Origin: Spirochaetaceae bacterium
GTDB taxonomy: Bacteria; Spirochaetota; Spirochaetia; DSM-2461
NCBI GenBank assembly: GCA_051531975.1
Contig: JAOPTT010000003.1
Location: 237,119 to 301,118, forward strand
Length of the DNA: 64,000 nt
Reading direction: 5' to 3'
The notes under the pieces are model-generated. The model was not told where the DNA came from. It did no database searches and was given only the letters and a program-made list of their open reading frames with translations. Made by a program: the position numbers and the translations under genes. Shown one piece after another: positions 1 through 11,797 of the stretch; position 1 is the first letter of the stretch; each line of letters begins with the position of its first letter.

Positions 1-3000
1 ATATTCAGACCTAAAAGATCTTCCGGAGTTATAATTTTTTCTCTGATTTCACCTTTAGCAATTTTAAATGGGATTGTAAAATAGAAGTTTGATCCCTCAC
101 CATATGTACTCTCGACACCTACTTCTCCACCCATTAATTCAGCGAGTTTTTTACTTATTGAGAGTCCTAGACCAGTACCTCCGTATTTTCTTGTAGTAGA
201 TGTATCTGCTTGGGCAAAGGACTGAAACAGTTTATTAATCTGTTCCTGGGTTAACCCAATACCTGTATCTTTAACTTCAAACTTTAGAGTAACAGATTTA
301 TCGTTTCTTTCAACAACATTAGTAACAACAACAATCTCACCTTTTTCTGTAAATTTTACAGCATTATTAGTTAAGTTTAATAAAATCTGTCCTAACCGAA
401 GTGGATCACCAATTAAATTATTGGGAATATTTATATCCTGATCAAAAACTAATTCTAAGTTCTTATCTCTAACCTTATCCCCTATCATTCCAGATAAGGT
501 ACCAAGAACCTCGTTAAATACAAATTGAGTATTTTCTATTTCTAATTTCCCAGCTTCAATCTTAGAGAAATCTAATATATCGTTTATAATACCTAATAAG
601 TTTTTAGCTGAACTGCCAATTTTGTCTACATAATCCAACTGCTTATGGTTTAAATCTGTTTTTCCTAACAAACTATCTAACCCTATTATAGCATTCATCG
701 GTGTTCTAATCTCATGGGACATATTTGCTAAAAAGTCACTTTTTGCTTTATTAGCATCATCAGCTATATCCTTAGCACTGGTTAATTCATTTTGAATCTT
801 TTTTAAATCTGTAATATCTATTACCCAACCTAAAATTGCCTTTTCTTCCATATAATCTATGCTAAAAAATGTTACTAAGACATCTAAAATATTTTTATTG
901 ACATCATATATCTGTGTTTCAAGGTTTCTAATTACTCCATATTCTTTAATGCTTACAAGCATCTGATTCCTATCTTCAATATTTACATAAGTACTAAGAA
1001 TTGATTCTCCAATATTAATCCCTGTCATTTCAACTATTTTAGGGTTAACATTTTTAACTATGCCATCTACGGCAACAACAACTCCAACAGGGCTTGAATC
1101 AAAAATAGATTGTAATTGTTCCCTTTGTTTTGATAATGCTTCTTCGTTTACTTTACGTTCAGTTATATCCTGATTGATTCCCATAACCATTTTAGGGCTT
1201 CCATCATCGTTTCTTTCAACGATCTTACCGGCACCATATAACCATACATATTCATCATCTTTTGGGTGTCGATATCTAAATTCAGAAACATACATTTCTG
1301 TTTTACCCTCTAAATGATCTGTTAATGCTGTAAATGCATTGTTCAAATCCTCTGGGTGTAACCTCGATTTCCAAACTTCAGAAACATCTTCTTCTTCAGG
1401 GTCAAAGCCAAAAAGCTCTAAGTACATCTCGGAGCCTGTAGTTTTATCATCTGCTAAAGTCCAATTCCATGTAGCAATTCTAGCACTATCAGTTGCAATT
1501 TTTGTTCGCTCTTTTTCACCTTCTAATTGTTTCTGATTTTCTAATAACTCTTTTGTTCTTTTTAATACGGTCTCTTCCAAAGTTCGATTGGCATTTTCAC
1601 CTGACTTCAATACTAAAATGATTATGAGACTACTCATTAACATGGTTAGTGAAAATACGATAATAATTGTTAATCTAAGGGAGTCAAAAACTGAAAATGC
1701 ATCATTTACTTTTATTTCAGATATAATACCTAAACCTAAATTATCAAGCCAAAATCCAGCACCATAAACTTCTTCACCTATAGAATTAATATAACTTAAC
1801 ATATTTGTATAAATAGTATCGTCCTTAATATTAATTCCGTTTGTAATTACTCTATCTGCAATTACAGTAAGAGGAGCGTCTATACTATTTTCAGTTTTTG
1901 AATATAGGTTCATTGCAGATGTCTGCCCAGGTTTTAAATAACCAAGTTCTATAAATTTTTCATCTAGAAAACTTGTGGATAAAAAGAGTCCATTTTTATC
2001 AATTGCGTAGTTACTATTTCTTTTATTATGTATAAAACTTATAGAATCAGAAAATCCCTCTTTTGGATCACACTCCAACATAACTAATGCAATTACATTT
2101 TCATCTGTATCTGTTAATGGTCCGACAAAAAAGAGCTTTTTATCAGCTTCGAAAAACGATATATTTCCATTCCATGCACTTTCTATTAAATTTAAATCAT
2201 CAACTATAAATTTATTACTAAGCCCTATCTCTTTTTCTGAACTTGAAGCTATATTTATATTTTTAGAATCTAAGATATGAAATCCAATATTGGGGAATTC
2301 TTCCCTATATTTATTGATACTAATTCTAACATTTATTGAACTATTTGAACTTATAAAGCCATGGGTTGATTTTACATATAATAACTCTTTGCAGATTTCT
2401 ACTAGGTCATGATCTGTGCCAATATCTTTTAAATTATTATATCCATTTTGTATCCATATATTCAGATTATGTCCTGTAATATCTAAAGAGACATCTAAAG
2501 ACTGTTCTATAGCCATTAATGTTTCATTTTTATTTTTATCTAATAGCCGTAACCCTACAAATAAAATTATTATTACTACTATACCAAAACTAGAAAGAAT
2601 AAATATACGAAATTGTTTTGACCCAAAATTTATATTAAAATCTTTTCTATTTATCATTCTAGAAATTATTATAAATAGGGCAATAAGAATTACTAAAGTC
2701 AATATTATTTTAAGGCCATTTAGAAGTAAATTATTTGTGGTAACCGCAACATCTTCTTCAATAACATTAATTCCAACTCCCCACTTTTTTGTAAGGGCAT
2801 CAAAATCATCTCTAGGAAAGGATCTAATAGCTTTGTTTAATATTGATTGCAGTTCAGGCCAATCATCCCTGACCCCGATAAAATACTCATCTGCACCTTC
2901 ATCTTCTCCAAAGAAAGTATAAGCTCCTATTATTAAATTACTTAAACCTAGGTCACTTAATAAATAATTACCAACACCTGCATCAAATGGAGCCGCATCA

Positions 3001-4577
3001 GCATCTCCAAATGCTACAGCTCTTAACGCTTCAGCTGCATTTTCAGTTTCTAATAGAACTGCTTTAGGGTATTTCTCTTTAATATATCCTATGTCTGCAA
3101 AACCTGAAGGAATTGCAATAGTGGAGTGGTTTAAATCTTTGTCAGTTTTAAAAGATTTATTATTAATATTTATATATATTGCTGTTATGTTTTTAAAATA
3201 TGAATCCGTAAATAGTGTGAATAATTTTCGCTCATCAGTTACAGAAATAGTGTGTAACATATCAACTTTTTTATTTTTAAAGTCTTCAACTGCTCCCACC
3301 CAATCATCCCGGCTTTCCCAATTTATATTTAAACCAACCATATCACTTAAATATTCCACAACATCGATACTAAAACCCTGGGGTTCATTGTTTTTATAAA
3401 AATCGTAGGGTGGATAATTTTTATCATTTATAACAGTAATTACTGGATGTCTAGATATAAACTCCCGTTCTGCATAAGTAAGCTCTATTAAACTATTTTC
3501 TATATCTTTCTCTATTAGGCTTGATATATCAATACTATATCTTCTTAGATTAGGGCTGTAAAATTTTGAATTCTTCCTAAAATTAATGTCATTTACATCC
3601 ATTGATAGAAAAAATGAAAAAAGTCCTATATTATCTTTTGAAATAGCGTTGATTGGCGTATTAAAGGATGTTCCCTCATTTGCAAAGTCTACACCTTTTA
3701 AATAGTCGTGTAGTAGAAGAACTGCCCAACTACCTTCAAGGAAATGCCCTCCAACTGATACGGACTGATTATCATTAACTATTTCAGTTATAGAATCTGT
3801 ATCCCAATTTATTCCTCCAACAAATATTTTATTGGTCAATTTAAGCTCTTTTATAGCTTTAACTACACCCCGGGCCATTAAATCAGTAGAACACCATACA
3901 ATATTTATAGAGGGGTCTTGAATATACATTTCTTTAAATACATTACCAGCAATTTCTTCTTTAAATTTACCACTTTTTATATATAAAGCATTAATATCTT
4001 TTGAATATTTAGAATATGATTTTAGAGCTTCTATACGGTCTTTGTTTTTTTGTGCTGTTAAGTTACCAGAGATACTAAGAACATTATATTTGTTTACACC
4101 ATTTTTGCTGGCACTGGATATTAATTGCTGAAGAAGCAGATTTCCCATATTAATTGAGTCAGGTACCATTTTACCTATCCAACTACTATATTTGGTTCTA
4201 GGTAAAAGCTCTTTATTTGGTAAGTCACCATCTATAATAAAAACTGGAACACTATATTTATCGGTTATTTCTAATACTTTTTCCCCATTTTTACCAGATG
4301 GAGGTATTATAATTCCATCAATACCATTAATACATTGCTCCTCTACTTTGGCCAGTAAGGCCCCGGTCGTAACCACAATTTCTAGTTCTGTATCTAGATC
4401 AAATGCTGTAGCTTCTGCATATTTTGCTAAATTAAGCCAAAACAGACCGTCACCTGGAATTAGTAGTGCAATTTTAATATCAGTAGAGTTTGAATATATT
4501 GGGAAAAGCATTATTAAAAAAAATGCTAATATAATTGTTTTACGAGTAGAAACCTTAAGAAAATTATTATTATTCAT
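1..4577 (-). CDS. Multi-sensor histidine kinase, probably hybrid (type I PBP + type II PBP + Cache-like + 2 PAS + HisKA + HATPase); 3' end lies outside the window
   Basis: Absent from the ORF track because no stop falls in the window. ATG at 4577 with AAGGA upstream is in frame with [17 protein letters not shown] (~690-730), [21 protein letters not shown] and TTRKYGGTGLGL. Manual translation also gives YPPYDF (type II PBP) and two PAS-type (Q/I)DIT motifs. Confidence 0.9.
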   Translation of the reverse strand, partial: MNNNNFLKVSTRKTIILAFFLIMLFPIYSNSTDIKIALLIPGDGLFWLNLAKYAEATAFDLDTELEIVVTTGALLAKVEEQCINGIDGIIIPPSGKNGEKVLEITDKYSVPVFIIDGDLPNKELLPRTKYSSWIGKMVPDSINMGNLLLQQLISSASKNGVNKYNVLSISGNLTAQKNKDRIEALKSYSKYSKDINALYIKSGKFKEEIAGNVFKEMYIQDPSINIVWCSTDLMARGVVKAIKELKLTNKIFVGGINWDTDSITEIVNDNQSVSVGGHFLEGSWAVLLLHDYLKGVDFANEGTSFNTPINAISKDNIGLFSFFLSMDVNDINFRKNSKFYSPNLRRYSIDISSLIEKDIENSLIELTYAEREFISRHPVITVINDKNYPPYDFYKNNEPQGFSIDVVEYLSDMVGLNINWESRDDWVGAVEDFKNKKVDMLHTISVTDERKLFTLFTDSYFKNITAIYININNKSFKTDKDLNHSTIAIPSGFADIGYIKEKYPKAVLLETENAAEALRAVAFGDADAAPFDAGVGNYLLSDLGLSNLIIGAYTFFGEDEGADEYFIGVRDDWPELQSILNKAIRSFPRDDFDALTKKWGVGINVIEEDVAVTTNNLLLNGLKIILTLVILIALFIIISRMINRKDFNINFGSKQFRIFILSSFGIVVIIILFVGLRLLDKNKNETLMAIEQSLDVSLDITGHNLNIWIQNGYNNLKDIGTDHDLVEICKELLYVKSTHGFISSNSSINVRISINKYREEFPNIGFHILDSKNINIASSSEKEIGLSNKFIVDDLNLIESAWNGNISFFEADKKLFFVGPLTDTDENVIALVMLECDPKEGFSDSISFIHNKRNSNYAIDKNGLFLSTSFLDEKFIELGYLKPGQTSAMNLYSKTENSIDAPLTVIADRVITNGINIKDDTIYTNMLSYINSIGEEVYGAGFWLDNLGLGIISEIKVNDAFSVFDSLRLTIIIVFSLTMLMSSLIIILVLKSGENANRTLEETVLKRTKELLENQKQLEGEKERTKIATDSARIATWNWTLADDKTTGSEMYLELFGFDPEEEDVSEVWKSRLHPEDLNNAFTALTDHLEGKTEMYVSEFRYRHPKDDEYVWLYGAGKIVERNDDGSPKMVMGINQDITERKVNEEALSKQREQLQSIFDSSPVGVVVAVDGIVKNVNPKIVEMTGINIGESILSTYVNIEDRNQMLVSIKEYGVIRNLETQIYDVNKNILDVLVTFFSIDYMEEKAILGWVIDITDLKKIQNELTSAKDIADDANKAKSDFLANMSHEIRTPMNAIIGLDSLLGKTDLNHKQLDYVDKIGSSAKNLLGIINDILDFSKIEAGKLEIENTQFVFNEVLGTLSGMIGDKVRDKNLELVFDQDINIPNNLIGDPLRLGQILLNLTNNAVKFTEKGEIVVVTNVVERNDKSVTLKFEVKDTGIGLTQEQINKLFQSFAQADTSTTRKYGGTGLGLSISKKLAELMGGEVGVESTYGEGSNFYFTIPFKIAKGEIREKIITPEDLLGLN

Positions 4578-4664
4578 TTTTAATCCTTGTTACAAATTAT
4601 ATATAACAAAGGATCATTATTCAAACAATTAAATTTGTCATTATTGAATTATTACAAGTTAAAA

Positions 4665-4696
4665 TATGTAGCATATAATTCCTCATATGCTACATA
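4665..4696 (-). terminator. Intrinsic terminator after GH3 gene
   Basis: Perfect 12-bp inverted repeat TATGTAGCATAT/ATATGCTACATA with 8-nt loop, followed by TTTT on the minus strand, 4 nt past the stop. Confidence 0.75.
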
Positions 4697-4700
4697 ATTT

Positions 4701-7463
4701 TTATTTTCTCTGAAATGATACATAATCTATTTCAAGGCCTGCTTTGGTAATTTCAAGATCTAGTCTATACAGCCCTTTTTTAAGAAATAGGGGTATATTT
4801 TTCTCTTTAACCCAACGTCCAAAAGTTCCATTTAATTGAATATTTGTTACAACTTTACCATTTAATAGAATATTACAAGATGATTGAGCCGAAGGATCAT
4901 GATCGTGCATCATACATGTGATAATGTTATAAACTCCATCGATTTCCACTCTAAAAGCGCTGCTCTTATTTTCTGTTGAATTAAACTTCAAATCACTATC
5001 TACAGGAAATATTTCACCGTTATAATCTAACTTTTCTAATGGCTCAACAGGTCTAGATTCTATAGCTTTTATTGGTCTATCCATTGCCTTAGTATTAGTT
5101 ATAAATCTGCAAATATTTATTGCACATCTCTGTAGTTCAGCAATTGATAACTCTCCATTTTTTATAGCTTCAAACTGGTCATCATCTAAACTATTTACTT
5201 CTGCACCAAAGTTATTAACCAACATGAAAATATCATTCTGGGAACGAACCATACAGGACAGGCGTCTAATTGTAGCTTCACCACCATTTATAGGATCATT
5301 CATTTTAGCCCACCAGTCAGTCATGACAATTCCTGTATAACCCCACTCTTTTCTTAAAATTGTTGTATTTAAGTCGTAATTTGATGCAGCCCATATTCCG
5401 TTAATCGGGTTATATGCTGTCATTAAACTTTTTGTATCCCCTTCTTTTACAGCAATCTCAAAACCTTTCAGGTGGATCTCTCTTAAAGCTCGCTCTGATA
5501 TAATTGAGTCAACGATACTTCTGTTATGCTCTTGATCATTACAGGCAAAATGTTTAACTGTACCTGTTGCTCCACCTTTTTTCAGGCCTAATGTAGTAGC
5601 TTTAGCCATACATCCTGTTAAAAAAGGATCTTCTGAAAAGTATTCAAAATTACGACCATTTAACGGATGTCTATGTATATTCATCCCTGGGCCTAATAGT
5701 GTATCGATGTTATTTAAAACAAGTTCTTTACCCTCAAAGGTATATAATTCTAAAACCATTTTAGTATCCCAACTCGAAGCTAATAAAGTTCCAATTGGTA
5801 ATTGTATTGCCTTCTCTCCACTATCCATACGTATTCCAGAAGGACCATCCGCGGCACATGTAGCAGGGATACCATATTTTTGTAGGTTATCTCCAACACC
5901 ACCAAATGCTCCTGCAGTTCCCGATGTTACTCTTGGACTACCCATACCTTCGCCACGAACTATAGTTTCTAATTCACTTTGTGAAAGTTGGGCAACAAAA
6001 GATTCCAAGGAATGTTTACCATCTTTTACATCCTGGAGTTTAATACCTAAATCTCCAGTCTGTTTATACTCTTGTGGTAACCACTTAGTCATACGTTCTT
6101 TTAAAGAACCAACTCTTTTTGGAACATCTTCATAAACTACTTCATATTCACCATTACTTTTTAGATTCCCTGGCTTCATACGTTTAAAGTCGACCGTTGG
6201 GCACATCGATTCATTTAATTCTTCAACAACCAATAGATCTAAAGTTTCTGATTTAATTAATTCTACATTCCTAATACTATTTCCAAGAAATAACTTATAC
6301 TCTCCTTCTTCAAGAACATAAGCAGATTTAAAACCTGTTAGTCCAGCATCATCGTAGGATGCCATTCTTGATAATGGGATTTTTATAGTTAAGATTTGAC
6401 TCTCACCTGGTTTTAGAAGATCTGTTTTATTAAATCCTCCAAGCTCCATGGCTGGTTTCCCAAGTTTTCCTTGTGGGGCAGAATAATAAAGTTGAACAAC
6501 CTCTCGCCCGGAATATTTATCTCCAATGTTAGTAACATTTACCTCTATTTCAAACAGTGAATTTATGCCATTATCTATTTTTTTACATACAAAATTATCT
6601 AATTTGAAATCGGTATAAGTTAAGCCATAACCAAAAGGAAATCGAACCGCATCTTTATTAAAAGTTTCAAAGTATCTATACCCTAAATATATATCTTCCT
6701 GGTAGATATTTTTTGTTTCGTTTCCAAAGTTTTTATGGCTAGGGTACATTTCTAATTCATAAGCAATAGTATTTGTTAACTTACCACTAGGAGTAACATC
6801 ACCTGATAAGATATCAGCTAATGCATTTCCACCCTCTATTCCACCTTGCCAAGAGTATAAAACCGCTGTGATACTGTTTTTAAGTTGATCATTATCCAAC
6901 CAACTCATATCTATAATATTTGATACATTTAAAACTACAGCAATATCACTGAAATGTTTTGCAACATTTAATAACATCTGCATTTCTAGGTCGGTTAATA
7001 GATAACTACCTTTTCTGTTTTTATTATCGTGTTCTTCTCCAGCAGTTCGACCAATTATAACAACTCCTTTATTAGAGGTAGTTCTAGCTTTTTTAACAAT
7101 ATCTTCTGTTAAAACCATCTCAGTTTGAAACCAAGGCTCTGCTGCCCAACCTCCACCACCATTTTGAAATGGATTTTCGACTACAAAGTTTCTATATACT
7201 TCTTCAAGATAACTGTTATGGTTTATTGAATTACTGTTTTTTATACCATCTATGGCATTTACAGCGTATGGTACATTAACGGAACCACCAGAACCTGTTC
7301 CACTTCGGTAATAATCTATCTGACATCTACCAAAAACTGCAAGCTCATCATTTATATTTAAAGGTAACATCTGGGTACTATTTTTTAATAGAACAATACC
7401 ATCCGCACCTGCTTTTCTTGTATATTCTGTAAATCCTTTAACTTCTTTTACATCTGATCCCAT
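4701..7463 (-). CDS. GH3 beta-glucosidase with permuted domain order and C-terminal beta-sandwich
   Basis: N-terminal IVLLKN, FPFGYGL and GREVVQLY (GH3_C/Fn3) come before ADGPSGIR, GRNFEYFSEDP, KHFACN and VMTDW (GH3_N, nucleophile Asp). Confidence 0.93.
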   Translation of the reverse strand: MGSDVKEVKGFTEYTRKAGADGIVLLKNSTQMLPLNINDELAVFGRCQIDYYRSGTGSGGSVNVPYAVNAIDGIKNSNSINHNSYLEEVYRNFVVENPFQNGGGGWAAEPWFQTEMVLTEDIVKKARTTSNKGVVIIGRTAGEEHDNKNRKGSYLLTDLEMQMLLNVAKHFSDIAVVLNVSNIIDMSWLDNDQLKNSITAVLYSWQGGIEGGNALADILSGDVTPSGKLTNTIAYELEMYPSHKNFGNETKNIYQEDIYLGYRYFETFNKDAVRFPFGYGLTYTDFKLDNFVCKKIDNGINSLFEIEVNVTNIGDKYSGREVVQLYYSAPQGKLGKPAMELGGFNKTDLLKPGESQILTIKIPLSRMASYDDAGLTGFKSAYVLEEGEYKLFLGNSIRNVELIKSETLDLLVVEELNESMCPTVDFKRMKPGNLKSNGEYEVVYEDVPKRVGSLKERMTKWLPQEYKQTGDLGIKLQDVKDGKHSLESFVAQLSQSELETIVRGEGMGSPRVTSGTAGAFGGVGDNLQKYGIPATCAADGPSGIRMDSGEKAIQLPIGTLLASSWDTKMVLELYTFEGKELVLNNIDTLLGPGMNIHRHPLNGRNFEYFSEDPFLTGCMAKATTLGLKKGGATGTVKHFACNDQEHNRSIVDSIISERALREIHLKGFEIAVKEGDTKSLMTAYNPINGIWAASNYDLNTTILRKEWGYTGIVMTDWWAKMNDPINGGEATIRRLSCMVRSQNDIFMLVNNFGAEVNSLDDDQFEAIKNGELSIAELQRCAINICRFITNTKAMDRPIKAIESRPVEPLEKLDYNGEIFPVDSDLKFNSTENKSSAFRVEIDGVYNIITCMMHDHDPSAQSSCNILLNGKVVTNIQLNGTFGRWVKEKNIPLFLKKGLYRLDLEITKAGLEIDYVSFQRK

Positions 7464-7563
7464 ACTGGCCTCCAGTTATTTAGCATATATACAACATAAT
7501 ACAGCATTTACTCAACTATTACCTTGATTCTATTGCTAAATATTAGCACAATATTGCGAAGTT

Positions 7564-8433
7564 ATGATAAAAGAACAATCACTGTATGTTTTACCTCCAA
7601 TACCTGATAAAAGGTTCCCTATCTATGTTGAGGATCAAAAATATAGCAATAGGGATGAAATTTTTAGAGCTCATTGGCATGAACACCTAGAACTACTATT
7701 TATGAAGAAGGGTGAAATAAACCTAATTTGTAATGGTCAGACATATATTGCAAAGCAGGGGGATCTTTTAATAATCAATCCAAATGATATTCACCACCTA
7801 CAAAGTAGAACTTCCTTTGTAAATATGTATTGTCTGATTTTTGATCTTTCACTTGTTAGAAGCTCTTTAACAGATCCAAGTGATCTTAACTTTATTATGC
7901 CTCTATCTAATAACCAGTTAGTTTTTAATCATCAAAATATTATTGATAATAATATGGACCGGTGTATAAAAAACTTAGTAGACATCTACAATAAAAAGTC
8001 AGAAACCAGATCTCTTAAAATTAAATCCCATATTTTTGAACTACTAGACCTAATTTTTACGAACTGCTCCTATACTATGTTGACTCCTACTAAATTCAAG
8101 AAAAGAAATAGTAATGTGAAAATTATACAGGATCTATTAGTTTACCTAAACCAGAACTTTAACAGTGAGATAAATTTAAAGGAATTAGCATTTAACTTTA
8201 ATGTTAGTTACCATCATCTATGTCACCTGTTTAAGGATTATACAAATAGTTCTATTATCCAATATGTAACTTCTTTAAGAATTGATAAATCAATCTACTA
8301 TCTAAAACATACAGATAAGACCATGTCTGAGATCGCAATGCTTATTGGATACGATGATAGTAATTATTTTAGTAGAACATTCAAAAAGCTTATGAATCTC
8401 TCTCCAAGGGATTATCTAAAGTCTCTAGAATAA
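7564..8433 (+). CDS. AraC family transcriptional regulator (cupin + HTH)
   Basis: HWHEHLE cupin motif; C-terminal [19 protein letters not shown]; divergent from GH3. Confidence 0.93.
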   Translation: MIKEQSLYVLPPIPDKRFPIYVEDQKYSNRDEIFRAHWHEHLELLFMKKGEINLICNGQTYIAKQGDLLIINPNDIHHLQSRTSFVNMYCLIFDLSLVRSSLTDPSDLNFIMPLSNNQLVFNHQNIIDNNMDRCIKNLVDIYNKKSETRSLKIKSHIFELLDLIFTNCSYTMLTPTKFKKRNSNVKIIQDLLVYLNQNFNSEINLKELAFNFNVSYHHLCHLFKDYTNSSIIQYVTSLRIDKSIYYLKHTDKTMSEIAMLIGYDDSNYFSRTFKKLMNLSPRDYLKSLE

Positions 8434-11400
8434 GAGTGTATTTAACCAGTGCATCTTTGAAGTTATACTTATTTATTAAAGCACCTAATTCTACAATCTC
8501 ATTGGCTAGACCAGATGGTAAAATATAGTTATTTATTGTCTGTAAAGTTATTTTGAGGTCTTTTGGTTTTCTCTTATCAAGATTAGGTTTTAATTCCAAT
8601 ATTAATTTTTTCAACACACCAGATTCTATTTCTAACTTAATGTTCTCTTTAGTTTTTATTAATGAGCTTAAGTTAGCCTTGCCTATATTAGTAATTAAGG
8701 ATGATAAAACTATGTCGAAATCTTCAAGGTCAGAACTACTTATTTGCTCTGAATTTAAAATCTCTTCTAAAACTAGAGACTTTTGCTGTACTAGTTTTGC
8801 TCCAAGATTCCCTGCAACACCCTTAATAGTATGGATAATTCTTTTGACTGTTTCAAAGTCACTGTTATTAATTAGTTCTTTAATTTCTGTAATAGAATTC
8901 AGATATTCAGTTTTAAATTTAAGTAATAGATCTATATACAATAATTTATTACCACCTAAATGTCCTAAACCATCTTGAATATCTAGACCTTCTATATCCG
9001 GTATGTTTACTGTTTTTTTATCTCTGTTCTCTTTTATATTCTGGGATGTTTTTGGAATCTCTCGTTTTCCTGGTTTTATCCATAATACAAGGGTTTCCCA
9101 TAAGTTCTTTGGTATTATTGGTTTTGTAACATAGTCATTCATTCCAACATCTTTAACCTGATCTCTTACCCCTGTCATAGCATCTGCTGTCATAGCAACT
9201 ATTGGTAGGTCATCAAAATCTGGATTTGTCCTTATCTGTCTCGTAGCATCGTAACCATCTAGAATTGGCATCTGTAAATCCATTAAAACAAGATCGTATA
9301 CTGTTTTACCATTAGTTACTATTTCAACACCTTCTTTTCCATCATTTGCAATATCAACAACAAAACCTTCTTGCTCTAATAACTCTTTTGCAACTTGTTG
9401 ATTTATCTCATTATCCTCAACTAATAAAAGCCGTGCTCCACAAATATTCTTGAAACCATCAGGTCTATCTTCATCGGTAGATTTAACTAGCTTAACTTGG
9501 TTTGAATTTTTACCAAAAACATCCATTATAGTATCAAACAACATAGAAGGGCTTACGGGTTTTAGGAGGAATCCTTGTAGATCAGCCATTTCTGCCTGTT
9601 GCATAATCTCCTCTCTTGCAACTCCTGTAACCATAACTATTAGTGGGATATGTACATTCTCAAGCTCTTCCCTAATTCTATTTGAAGTTTCAATTCCATT
9701 AAGACCAGGCATTTTATAATCCATTAAAATCAGATCATAATCTATATCTCTACTTGCTTTAGACTGTACTAACTCTCTAATTGCTAATTCTCCAGAAGAG
9801 ACAGCTGTAACTTTGAAAGAAAAGTCTTCTAAGTAAGAAGTTAAAACATCCCGAGCGGTTTTGTTGTCATCTACAACTAAAACGTTAAAACCTGAAATAT
9901 CATCTGGTAATACATTTTCTTCAGCTTTACCTTCTTTCCCTATTTCAAATTTTCCTGTAAAAAAGAATGTACTACCTTTTCCATATTCACTACGAACTCC
10001 AATGCCGCCACCCATTAATTCTGATAGCCTTTTACTAATTGTTAAACCAAGTCCAGTACCTCCGAACTTTCTAGTTATTGAACTATCAGCTTGGGCAAAA
10101 GAGTTAAAGAGTTTACCTATCTGCTCTTCTGTTAAACCAATACCTGTATCACGAACTTCAAATTTAAGCACAACTTCGACTTCGTTAATAGATTCAACTT
10201 TAACTGAGACTTCAATCTCTCCTTGAGCAGTAAATTTAATTGCATTATTTGTTAAATTTAGAAGTACCTGCCCAAGTCTTAATGGGTCTCCCATTAGGAA
10301 CCTAGGAATATCCTTAGACTGGTTAAATATTAGCTCTAAGTCATGATCTTTTGCTTTGTGCCCAATTATTTCTGAAAGATCGGTCATAACATCTTTTAAA
10401 CTAAATGACCTAGATTCCATATCTAGTTTACCAGCTTCAATTTTAGAAAAATCTAAAATATCGTTAATAATTCCTAAAAGGTTTTTAGATGAGCTACCTA
10501 TTTTATCAACATAATCCTGTTGCTTAGATGTTAGATCTGTCCTCGACAGAAGATTATCAAGACCAATTATTGCATTCATAGGAGTTCGTATTTCATGGGA
10601 CATATTTGCCAAAAAATCACTCTTAGATTTATTAGCATCTTCTGCTCTTAACGTTGCATCTTTTAACTCTATTACAAATGAACGAACAAAAAACAGGACA
10701 ATTATCCCAATAATTAGGGATAGAAGGGAGATAAAAAGTGTAATACTTACAGCTTTATTTATTGCTTGTTCAGCATGTGGTCCTAGGATATCTTGCTCAT
10801 TTTTAATTGTTAGTTTTAATTGCTCTATCTCATGGGCGACACTAGGACCAGTTTTATCTAATTTGTTTTTTATAACATCATTTCTAGAAGTAATTGCCTC
10901 GTAGACTAAATTAAAATTACTTCTGTATTTGTTTATAGTGAATTTTAATGATTTAGCAATTTCTAACCGGTTTGGATCTTCTATATATGAAAAAAGTTTA
11001 GAATAGTTTTCCGACATAATAGAAAATTCTTTAATAACACGGGTATAAGCAACATCTTCATTAGTTACTAAATATCGTGTTGCATATATTCTAGCAAGTA
11101 ACAAATTTCTCAATGTCTCACCTGCCCAGTATGTGACATCTTTATCTGAGTCAAGATAAGCACTTTCCATAATTGTGGTTAAATCTCTCTCGATCTGAGG
11201 ACCAATAACATTTAGTACATCATTAACATAATCATTTCTTAACGTTTGATATATTATTACATCATTAAAGTTACTAATGTAACCATTTAATTCAACTCTT
11301 AAGTGACCAATGATGTTGCTAAGCTCATCATTGGTTGAGCTAATAGAAGCTACTTCGATCATATCTAGGGTTAGTTGTGCTCTTTGATTTACACCATTAA

Positions 11401-11638
11401 TACTCTCGGTGTCTGGGTCAATAATAAAGTTTTTTACAAATAACCTAGTCATTAACATATTTGCTTGGACTCGCCCATATGCATTTGTCTGCCTAGCTAG
11501 GGTTCTATACTCTTTAAAATTCTTATCTGCTCTTACTAAATTTATAGTCCCAATTCCTGCAATTAAAAAAAGTAAAAGTAATATAATTACAAAACCAAAT
11601 ATGACCTTTTTCCATATATTTACTTTATGATTCTTCAA
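8390..11638 (-). CDS. Hybrid sensor kinase (helical periplasmic sensor, HisKA, HATPase, 2 REC, Hpt)
   Basis: Two TM segments, [18 protein letters not shown], two VDDN/VEDN...MD receiver motifs, [11 protein letters not shown]pt. Confidence 0.93.
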   Translation of the reverse strand: MKNHKVNIWKKVIFGFVIILLLLFLIAGIGTINLVRADKNFKEYRTLARQTNAYGRVQANMLMTRLFVKNFIIDPDTESINGVNQRAQLTLDMIEVASISSTNDELSNIIGHLRVELNGYISNFNDVIIYQTLRNDYVNDVLNVIGPQIERDLTTIMESAYLDSDKDVTYWAGETLRNLLLARIYATRYLVTNEDVAYTRVIKEFSIMSENYSKLFSYIEDPNRLEIAKSLKFTINKYRSNFNLVYEAITSRNDVIKNKLDKTGPSVAHEIEQLKLTIKNEQDILGPHAEQAINKAVSITLFISLLSLIIGIIVLFFVRSFVIELKDATLRAEDANKSKSDFLANMSHEIRTPMNAIIGLDNLLSRTDLTSKQQDYVDKIGSSSKNLLGIINDILDFSKIEAGKLDMESRSFSLKDVMTDLSEIIGHKAKDHDLELIFNQSKDIPRFLMGDPLRLGQVLLNLTNNAIKFTAQGEIEVSVKVESINEVEVVLKFEVRDTGIGLTEEQIGKLFNSFAQADSSITRKFGGTGLGLTISKRLSELMGGGIGVRSEYGKGSTFFFTGKFEIGKEGKAEENVLPDDISGFNVLVVDDNKTARDVLTSYLEDFSFKVTAVSSGELAIRELVQSKASRDIDYDLILMDYKMPGLNGIETSNRIREELENVHIPLIVMVTGVAREEIMQQAEMADLQGFLLKPVSPSMLFDTIMDVFGKNSNQVKLVKSTDEDRPDGFKNICGARLLLVEDNEINQQVAKELLEQEGFVVDIANDGKEGVEIVTNGKTVYDLVLMDLQMPILDGYDATRQIRTNPDFDDLPIVAMTADAMTGVRDQVKDVGMNDYVTKPIIPKNLWETLVLWIKPGKREIPKTSQNIKENRDKKTVNIPDIEGLDIQDGLGHLGGNKLLYIDLLLKFKTEYLNSITEIKELINNSDFETVKRIIHTIKGVAGNLGAKLVQQKSLVLEEILNSEQISSSDLEDFDIVLSSLITNIGKANLSSLIKTKENIKLEIESGVLKKLILELKPNLDKRKPKDLKITLQTINNYILPSGLANEIVELGALINKYNFKDALVKYTLILETLDNPLERDS

Positions 11639-11797
11639 TTATCACACTTCCCAATATAATTTTATATATAACTATACTAAAATGATAAGCATTCTCATTA
11701 AATTGTCTACTAAATTTGCTGTATTCATATAAAAAACTAAAAAAAGACTCAAGACTATTCCAATAGAGGAATTGTTGTCAAAATCCGTTATTACTTA

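Noticed and set aside
8390..8433. 44-nt convergent overlap of araC and the hybrid kinase
   Set aside because: Short tail-to-tail overlaps are common, both proteins look complete, and there is no evidence of a function
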